A stretch of DNA of 24,557 nucleotides. It comes from a virus (taxonomy: Duplodnaviria; Caudoviricetes). Numbering within the stretch: position 1 is the stretch's first letter; each line of letters begins with the position of its first letter. The stretch is taken from IMG/VR virus record IMGVR_UViG_3300017705_000701, positions 1-24,557 of that record, one strand, 5' to 3'. This document shows, piece by piece, positions 19,001-23,648 of the stretch. The notes beneath the pieces are model-generated. The model saw nothing but the letters and a program-made list of their open reading frames with translations, ran no database searches and was not told where the DNA came from. Position numbers and translations under genes: made by a program.

Positions 19001-19801
19001 ATCATCAAAACTTAATCCTTGTCCAATAGAAGCTGTTACATAACCGGCTCTTAGGTCAACGGTGTCTGATACAGCGCCCGACATATATGTAACTCTAAAC
19101 TTATCAAGGTCTTTTTCAAGCTCGACTCTTAAACGACCATAACCAACCTCAGAAATGGCAGCATTTGCCGTATGTGTATCAAATATTACTTCTCTTGTGG
19201 TTGGGGTGTCGGCCTTTTTCATCCAAAATTCAACAGTGTTACCATCGTTGCCATCAATTTTTAGATTAGATTCTCTATTTTCTGATTGATCGAAAACGTT
19301 TGAATATCCGCTTTTATAAGTTCCAGCAGTGTCTGTTACTTCTTTGCCTTTGCTTCTTACACTTGGGTGTGGTCCACCTCGAAATAAAATATATTCTGTA
19401 TTGGAAGCACTAACATAATCATTTGAATTTGTTCCATCCCATGGGGTTAGATCATCGCGAGAAGTTAACCGAATAAAACCATTTGTTCTAGGATATTCTT
19501 GTTCGAAGATATGATTATCTAAATAAGAAGAGGAAAGAAGCCACGTAGTTCTTTCAAAGAGAGAACCGTCATATGGATATGATTGGTAGATTCTTTTAAT
19601 TGCATCATCATAGTATTGCTCTGCAGAACCAAAAAACGCAAAATTAGAAGCGCTAGTAAAATCAATTCGAGGAGTGAATCTTTCCTTCTCATCAACATAT
19701 GCTTCCATATACTTATAAGATTCAACTTCTTTAGCTAAAGATTCGATATCTGTTGATGTTACTATAGTCTGTGGGTCATCAAAATATTTCTTTGTATCCA
19801 T
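10091..19801 (-). CDS. Giant baseplate wedge-like protein, 3236 aa: gp7/P2 gpI-like core plus LamG/concanavalin-A-like domains
   Basis: Uninterrupted 9.7-kb ORF. The helical segment ending IYNSLSHIYKTKGTDKSFRNLIRCFG (about 17290-17400) fits the K-G-T motif of gp7/gpI-type wedge proteins. LamG signatures include TVEFW...WHHYAFTF...FYLDG...GALDEFRFW and FTLSAWIK...DGAWHHVVLV...LYVDG...FDGSIDEATVW, plus a third degenerate copy (FTMETEVIFP...WNFAVRV...VSSLRCW). It lies downstream of the gp25 and gp6 homologues. Confidence 0.75.
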   Translation of the reverse strand: MDTKKYFDDPQTIVTSTDIESLAKEVESYKYMEAYVDEKERFTPRIDFTSASNFAFFGSAEQYYDDAIKRIYQSYPYDGSLFERTTWLLSSSYLDNHIFEQEYPRTNGFIRLTSRDDLTPWDGTNSNDYVSASNTEYILFRGGPHPSVRSKGKEVTDTAGTYKSGYSNVFDQSENRESNLKIDGNDGNTVEFWMKKADTPTTREVIFDTHTANAAISEVGYGRLRVELEKDLDKFRVTYMSGAVSDTVDLRAGYVTASIGQGLSFDDKWHHYAFTFKNEKPGKSILFDGTDDHIVVGQPANLNFDPDDDSFTLSAWIKTSATTGGNIMGIGDSGVAGGAQYRLFVANGSLKLTGWVGGSSDASLSDDAINDGAWHHVVLVSNATTDVHTLYVDGIIQSDTGTCGSTTKPGIDFLIAARRNSNNTNTSFYFDGSIDEATVWKTNLSATEVTELYNEGQYFDPTTHSEAANLVSWWDMGETTSDINAPSPNYKILDRVGKNNGQMTGFAGTYGTSKETNFGGHLKTKFYLDGYCNDSFRLGNIVDYVSGGMLATIGALATTLSGNSTPQLGWAPFSGALDEFRFWKTERSAQQIGRHWFTQVGGGANTDDANTHLGVYYKFNEGTTGISSLDSTVLDYSGRINNGTWTGYTSGHRETGSAIVLSNLTTASFEYKDPILYKSHPDVNSYYISSLEKGRYHDLSNNSSIYHSLPAWIIDEDGENGYVLKKLVQIMASYFDTLQLQIQALPSLQNVSYPSGSQKAYPFMRQALESKGFVTSELFADASILEQFLNQTDKELFEEKLYTIKNQIYQNIYNSLSHIYKTKGTDKSFRNLIRCFGIDDEVLKLNLYGNQADYLLEENYSSTTVKKNCVDFNHPDRYAGTVYQFTSSANANSVSCISGSANAAMPFTMETEVIFPEKRSLEEDSQYKYTNLSASLFGMHRAKQTSHFVDAEDAKGLTWHSLDNANFQVYACRKTLQENTIYANGYTNKDAFFRLTSSVQAFALELTSSVFANVYDNEKWNFAVRVKPRKHPLASYVTGALTPDVDNPYLVEFYGVNSDLDVVSKEFLLTGTLSKKQGENFLSSSKRVYAGAHRQDFIGSTLTETDIKVSSLRCWLDYLDNKTIQVHARDPENVGRLHPYQSAYLFEVVTGSTSTFPYVPQMETLVLNWDFTGVTGSSPASSDVYYGTNPKNANFLVEDMSSGSIAHTITSSYGWVSEVANLQHTGKGDFFLPSNKKVISKEYIYSARQNLPENLHSSDTINIVTTDDDIFTRQTMPVTHFFAIEKSMYQSISKEILKFFATVVDFNNLIGEPVERYRQDYKAMSKLRQLFFERRTEDTGEIVNPDFEKYIDYYRWIDQSISKMIQQIIPASARFSENIRNMIESHVLERNKYWSKLPIVEEKIKHSKELLEVSPMGSAGGSPNPQTVGGTIFNNIPDPPGNPVVASPDLEERLKRIAPAQMSIRLSHNQNHETENEAKNTLTWTRTRRADSTISSGEEDTDDARQRIFDVIVNTRQRENRVPYKLLSHITKPIHGGINNPVNKKPDLFRALINDVDGPEKMGLEITTEKVQDSDIIKEYRDLFAPEVKKREYLTTSREKSRGSTADTGESDYFGDGYTKWFAPFSIISSSVTTGYDSIISSDFSGGIDFANLHQDIYAPHYEVPMQGPLTERWVGGYPYRHVWSQFGPNHTLDTVTNRVEGWALVFKEDADGKYAAIASPISASIHNPRSMMWRGPKRPVNIENIRMTTGSGGHTDPANTTKLGNYRFDYNIISTTGRKINNRYFVKNEGINIDWQDSQKPDSWSLPIYGVPHFTAIDRSVEGSNKFVFVNRFNAPGGPETMCESFLDLESGEYSVYNALPWRNLSVRLPLREYLTNHSNQFGFWSDTQYSASVKTGIDSGIVTEGTYVGNKTEVTSDTYDGESTTGVAMSSYHNVNRNLLRRPEFDGGGIYNTVTGTVYDNYWVQHPIPRTDLQYSWITASLINDYSGPALYHYARRRTNDIRRYRPEASTDITFLTASLTGALDNLVDFAGINTVIYDPMLTNLNLLSASSGDYRNTEIASIVQPNDLNSLILHRQGPYGWPSWKQIRMANHPIARHERKNSILSFMFNKTLNRFTESLATTRYKPLIHVFKDGTIKHTYGNNLANFANVGVRDKLNFDLHGGDQTYDHLKNLYLHDVVSLKPELISFYYREMLYPREINVYLEKARERKNYIVDFWRDARSDRTKANVTNSQGQTVLQQSIWAMDAREDYATADARGAADSAGDDGAGELQNNYTIYHGGTDVITPAAIYARPISASVVSGDTKFEAGDPFDDSYEDYSNEIKRMGQNYSIVSEFRISEHMAYYLDEQNGNFLADNEVFLSCTGSDVADSGLGEFFSTYSHSDFLKHFSIMYKDHEGVLDPNKITYTCTGMMKLLPYKGFYPADRTLQLATLFSQSYSSTQFVDNVNADNVKRRVSLAPFFAPGILYNSIKSGIAVDYPIYTKQVGSTTAGGAVDEDVPYYLGSSGNAATTDIYRLSGAFDYRLPFDALVRPETYIGNGTSMYEAEPDPTAKISGSSATSNEASASIQLNLVNSDTYKLAMHNFLATSIDLFLKNGEVSTLVSSKMEDAYVVDPNRGTYKMRIYLSDHQDVSANHDRIFSMYNRQSAFGPTVHMQTSEGSYAPFTPPYYYNDTKTGYTYREYSLDATAKSTVADKYGTFAVWEWSLDEILSNCTITDYRSVSGSSSTTNYVHDVDMMNLTSSVDIFQKEAHLIIQPKFETPIVNFTNVTNVDPDNGASTKGMWHQKGVVETDNTKGIFLGALDVDGSVSLADLLGVDKGLKKIGVLPDDGEKVMREAVVAIPVIKKYNNRTKRIETKFINVNKNTVKRALSSINSGQPATNVPASVYSMVRSMMRYVVPPKFDFLTQLKKFGSKKFRPFAMYFFEFEHEFSQNDIANIWQNLPPKIGTSAKKEQVSICHSIARDSGELLTIKELKNPDLHWMVFKVKQKAKWNYFDKVIDLAGQLPPRPDAGIAPISVQMGDETEAPPEIDDCGRQEINDLQARIDELQFMTTSGTTTTGDRQILLDEVARLRGEIAGIRQACADAPSANSSHGLTHVSATNQITGVSRMAGIRDIARYARQESDVASGYGLDYSYNWPYDFCSLVELIKVDTEIHLGGGDSIQIAPTIGPDGKEETVVVTGKGAKRVVSDDIREEAPNIPFSGWSRGGSRATMTSPQQLGSLTLLGDEEPE
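18245..18960 (-). other. Complete LamG-like (Laminin_G_3-type) domain inserted within the first LamG-like domain of the giant protein (about aa 281-519)
   Basis: KSILFDGTDDHI...FTLSAWIKT...INDGAWHHVVLV...LYVDG...YFDGSIDEATVWKTNLSATEVTELYN...NLVSWWDMGE...ILDRVGKNNG sits between WHHYAFTFKN and LKTKFYLDG of the outer domain. Confidence 0.75.
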
Positions 19802-19805
19802 AAAT

Positions 19806-21395
19806 TTACTCTATATCTGTTAAATCTTTTTCAACCCTAAATTTAAAAACTTTTGGTTGTTCTGTGTATTTTCCATTTAAATAATAAATAAGCTTAATCC
19901 CATACATATAATCAGCCCTAAACATAGACATATCAAGATCGAAATAACTTCCACTAATATCATATGATGTTCTTGTGTGGTTTAGACTTCCAGTCCCATA
20001 ATCAACAACGGTTAAATCGTCATATATTCTATAAACTTTATAATATGTGTCTTCGACAATTTCAGTTTGAGCTTCTGCCGTTGCTTTTGTGTAAATGGTC
20101 GGACTCCAATCTTTTTTTCTAGTAAACAATCTAAATCTAGCCGTCTCTTCGTTGGAATAAGTCGACCTGAGATTTGGGATAGAGGTAACATATGTATCGT
20201 TTGGGTTCATGTTGTAAGAGTTGAAGCTTTTAACAGTTATAGCTGAGCCTGTGTGGAAAATCGTAACAGTGCTGCTCCCTGTAGACCATACATCATAAAT
20301 TGTAGTTTCAGAGCCTGTGTATGCAAAAGAGGCGCTATAAATTCCAGTATCGACATAAGAAGCGGTTATGTACGTATGATCAGAATCTTCTGTTACTCCA
20401 CCTCCAACTGGTAAAGTTCTTGCATATTCCCCAAGAGTGGGATATATTCTAACATCTAATTTTGTTTTAGTAACATCGCTTTCTGATCCAGGCCCTTCTA
20501 GGTTTGGAATATTAGTTAATTGACCTCGCATATAATTATACAAGTAGAGCGTATTTAAATTATCCGCAGCTGTAGCTAATGAACTGCTTAAATAGAAATT
20601 GCCTCTATTGTCTTTTTTAGAAGAATCCCAACGGGCTTCAATTATTGGACGCTTAAAAAAGTATTCTGAACCTCTTGCATAGAATTTTTTAGTATAATAC
20701 GATTTGGTTGATCCTGTAGGATTAGATAACCTGCCATTTGTTTCTGCCCCAGTCCAATATGCTTCCTGAGTTCCTGTTAAAAATAACCCTATTCCATAAC
20801 GAGCAGACGATTTATCTGCAAAAACATTTCCAGCTGAATTAATCCATTGTTCTACCAATGGCGTAATGTCCATCTCTAAATCTTCTATGCCGTTTTCAAA
20901 AGTCTGTTGAAATGAAGAATCGATATCATAACCGTAATCACCCCCTGGTCTTGTCCAGGTTGTCCCATCCGCCGAGTTCATCCAATTTGCACCAATGCCA
21001 TCATCTGTTAGGTCCCTATAACCTTCCATATCCAGGCCATGTCCCTCTTCCCAATCTGCAGTTATAGCAGATGCAGATAATGTAAAATTAACTGGTACTG
21101 TAAATGGATGTTCTGCATTGAACATTCTTAAATAAAAACTAACACTTCCGGAAGCAGGAATATCTTTGTTGGTTCTGTCTGTGGCAATGTCTGAAGCTGG
21201 AAAATTGACCAAGATTCTTGACAATTCAGCAGTTTTTGTAGCATTAGAGCCACTAGTTGTTTGGCCATAAATGGAAAAAACTTCAAGACTATCAGAAAGG
21301 CCCATATTTGAACCTGTTCCACGCGTCGTTAAATCTGCTTTGAATGCATTCGTGATTGTTGTATCTGCGTTGGCTATATATCTTTTAATGGCCAT
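19806..21395 (-). CDS. Putative baseplate-associated protein, 529 aa, with an N-terminal DNRLRE-like beta-sandwich domain and a beta-rich C-terminal part
   Basis: The pattern DTTI...SRILVNF...YLRMF...ITADWEEG...ANW...WTRPGGDY...DITPLVEQWI...YGIGL...RPIIEARW resembles DNRLRE (disaggregatase-related) domains as I recognise them. It is TAATG-coupled to the gp6-like gene, with AAAGGA upstream. Confidence 0.6.
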   Translation of the reverse strand: MAIKRYIANADTTITNAFKADLTTRGTGSNMGLSDSLEVFSIYGQTTSGSNATKTAELSRILVNFPASDIATDRTNKDIPASGSVSFYLRMFNAEHPFTVPVNFTLSASAITADWEEGHGLDMEGYRDLTDDGIGANWMNSADGTTWTRPGGDYGYDIDSSFQQTFENGIEDLEMDITPLVEQWINSAGNVFADKSSARYGIGLFLTGTQEAYWTGAETNGRLSNPTGSTKSYYTKKFYARGSEYFFKRPIIEARWDSSKKDNRGNFYLSSSLATAADNLNTLYLYNYMRGQLTNIPNLEGPGSESDVTKTKLDVRIYPTLGEYARTLPVGGGVTEDSDHTYITASYVDTGIYSASFAYTGSETTIYDVWSTGSSTVTIFHTGSAITVKSFNSYNMNPNDTYVTSIPNLRSTYSNEETARFRLFTRKKDWSPTIYTKATAEAQTEIVEDTYYKVYRIYDDLTVVDYGTGSLNHTRTSYDISGSYFDLDMSMFRADYMYGIKLIYYLNGKYTEQPKVFKFRVEKDLTDIE

Positions 21396-23206
21396 TATTT
21401 AATAGTTCCTTTAATGTCTATTTCTGGGAATTTTACTTCATATGTTGCATTTTGAGGAATTGCAATATATCTGCCATCCGGAGAAGTGAAAAAATCTATA
21501 TCAAATCCAATCTGTGAATATTGACTTCCATCTTTTTGAACTATTTTTACATTTGTAGTGTCCGCTACACCTCGTACTCTATTCAATGTTGTATAAACAT
21601 CTGTTATGAAAAAAGGTTCTCCAATTGAAAATACTTTTTTACTAATTTCATTTTTTAACACACGTGCTGCTCTTTCCAAAACATCAAATTTGTTTGAGGC
21701 AGAATAACTTACAAGTTCAAACTCTATACCAATATTAACAACTTCAGCATCTAATATATCAATTGTGTCATTAATCATTTTGTAACGATTGAGCCAAGTT
21801 TTAAGATTTCTTTTAAGTGTGTCGTTTGCTTTTGTTAAATTCCTATCTGCATTCTCTGATAAGATATATAAATTAAGATTTCTTTTAAAAGAGTCTACAT
21901 CCCGAACAATATGACATTTTTTAATTGCCCCAAATTGTGAAGGCATACGATATATCAAATTAACATAATCATCCAAAGTAACAGCACGGCCCTGAGCAGA
22001 GAAAGTGCTTTTAATCCTTTGTTTAATTTGTGTTACGCTAGGTGACGTAATATCTCCCAAAATCGGCTCCTCGTTATTCACCGCTAAAGATGATATAACA
22101 TCTGATATTTTAGATCCAACTAAAATCGCATTATCCAAAATGGAAGGAAATTCTAATTTTGTTGAACCTTTTTTAGTAATTGAATTTGCCGCAGCGTTAA
22201 CACCCGATGTGGTGTTGATTCTATATTTCACAGTTAATGTCGTATTAGAAGGGCTAACTCCTAATTTATCTGTTGATAATAAATTGGTCGGATCAAATGT
22301 TTCATCTGTGATGTAGTCTCTTCCGTGTATTTTTAAAATAACAGAACTAGGATCTTGAACTGCCTCAACTTCCGGTGTTAGCTGATCTTCCGAACCATAG
22401 CCAAATTGTAATATCGTTCTACCGGGTTCTTTTACTACTGTAAATCGTCTAGGTATTGCAACCGCTTTCAAAATAAAAGGTACATCAACTTTATCAGAGT
22501 TAGTATTTCTAATAGGAACATAAATTGTGTCCTGAGATAGCTCATCAACTTCATACCAAGTTTTTCCACTCCCATCAACTACAGAAACAATTTCTGCAAG
22601 ATTAGACGGCCCTAAAGTAACTGCCCTAAAGGGCGACGGATCACCAATTTCTATAACTTCTGATTCCAATTGGCCAGAAACAACAGTTCCAAAAGCTTTA
22701 ATTGCATAATGAGTTGTAAGCGAAGAATCATTATCAAATTTAGCTGCAATGATATCGTTTTTTTCATCAGAAAAATCTACATTTTCTAACAAAGTATAAA
22801 GGCCGCCGGTGGAAGATTTAAAAGTGCTCCCTCTTTTTAAAACAGGTATATAATCTGAATCGACACCAATGCCATTTGTATTGGATGGTATTAAAATATA
22901 TAATTCGACGGCGCCATAAGAAGATGCTGCAGTTTCATATTTATAACCCAATTGTTTTCCAAGTCTTATTACGTTATTGACTTCAATCGCTGTATCTAAA
23001 AAAGACTCATTTACTTGATAATCTAAATAGAATGATAGAATATCACCAACATATGCAACTGTGTCGAGCATTAATGCGCCAAATGATGATTTGTTGTAAT
23101 CTTTAAAACTTTCCGGATAATATGTTTTTGCGTAATTAACTAAATCTTTTTTTATTGAATTAAAATCTCTGCTGCTATATTTAACCGATATTTGTTTTTC
23201 AGACAT
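21395..23206 (-). CDS. gp6: Baseplate wedge subunit, T4 gp6-like / baseplate J family, 603 aa
   Basis: Characteristic N-terminus RDFNSIKKDLVNY...FKDYNKSSFGALMLDTVAYVGDILSFYLDYQVNESFLDTA...LGY, an internal LQFGYG and QGRAVTLDDY (gp6/J RAVT..DY motif). It directly follows a gp25 homologue. Confidence 0.9.
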   Translation of the reverse strand: MSEKQISVKYSSRDFNSIKKDLVNYAKTYYPESFKDYNKSSFGALMLDTVAYVGDILSFYLDYQVNESFLDTAIEVNNVIRLGKQLGYKYETAASSYGAVELYILIPSNTNGIGVDSDYIPVLKRGSTFKSSTGGLYTLLENVDFSDEKNDIIAAKFDNDSSLTTHYAIKAFGTVVSGQLESEVIEIGDPSPFRAVTLGPSNLAEIVSVVDGSGKTWYEVDELSQDTIYVPIRNTNSDKVDVPFILKAVAIPRRFTVVKEPGRTILQFGYGSEDQLTPEVEAVQDPSSVILKIHGRDYITDETFDPTNLLSTDKLGVSPSNTTLTVKYRINTTSGVNAAANSITKKGSTKLEFPSILDNAILVGSKISDVISSLAVNNEEPILGDITSPSVTQIKQRIKSTFSAQGRAVTLDDYVNLIYRMPSQFGAIKKCHIVRDVDSFKRNLNLYILSENADRNLTKANDTLKRNLKTWLNRYKMINDTIDILDAEVVNIGIEFELVSYSASNKFDVLERAARVLKNEISKKVFSIGEPFFITDVYTTLNRVRGVADTTNVKIVQKDGSQYSQIGFDIDFFTSPDGRYIAIPQNATYEVKFPEIDIKGTIK

Positions 23207-23227
23207 GTTTTGTGGATCCTTTTAACA

Positions 23228-23620
23228 TTAAATAGTATCTTCGAACAAGATTTCCACGACATCAAAGATCTGCAGAGGTTTAATAAGATATTCAATTCGA
23301 ACTTTTAACAAATTTGGATTTCCACCTTGAAGTTCATCGGGATCAAATATGGTTGTCCTTACATCTAAAAACGGCATATATTTAGTTACTTGTCTTTTAA
23401 TTCTAAGATCAATTTCTTCATGTGTAATAGAATAGTTTGGCTCAAAAAGATAGTTTCTAATACCCACACCAAACTCCGGATCCATAATCCTTTCACCCGG
23501 CGCAGTTAATATGAGCATTTTTAAATTTTGAGTTACCATCTCTGCATATGTTTTATTTAAAGCATATCCATCATTTAGATCAGTTTGTACTGGTAGTTTT
23601 GGGGATAGTCCAGATGCCAT
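23228..23620 (-). CDS. gp25: Baseplate wedge / sheath-initiator protein, GPW/gp25 family, 130 aa
   Basis: VTQNLKMLILTAPGERIMDPEFGVGIRNYLFEP and QVTKYMPF match the gp25 signature (LxTxxGERxxxPxFG...LFEP). The size is typical and SD GAGGT lies 8 nt upstream. Confidence 0.93.
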   Translation of the reverse strand: MASGLSPKLPVQTDLNDGYALNKTYAEMVTQNLKMLILTAPGERIMDPEFGVGIRNYLFEPNYSITHEEIDLRIKRQVTKYMPFLDVRTTIFDPDELQGGNPNLLKVRIEYLIKPLQIFDVVEILFEDTI

Positions 23621-23648
23621 AAAATTATACCTCGCCTATTAAATATCA

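Noticed and set aside
11581-21322. Short minus-strand out-of-frame ORFs (11581..11901, 12202..12408, 19519..19725, 21128..21322)
   Set aside because: They are nested in alternative frames of well-supported genes and are Leu/Ile/Met-rich frame artefacts.
5598-22316. Short plus-strand ORFs (5598..5933, 5653..5835, 7924..8163, 8746..9012, 9918..10325, 10547..10777, 10830..11072, 11196..11438, 11435..11662, 16780..16968, 18410..18712, 22005..22316)
   Set aside because: All are antisense shadows of long minus-strand genes. Their Ser/Phe/Leu/Ile-rich composition is typical of reverse-frame translation, and I recognise no motifs in them.
10091-23620. Cellular contractile injection system (eCIS, T6SS or tailocin) rather than phage
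   Set aside because: The gp6 homologue has the long T4-like form, and no Afp15-like ATPase, Tss genes, regulators or host genes are visible in the window. A phage origin is favoured, but no capsid or terminase gene is present here to prove it.
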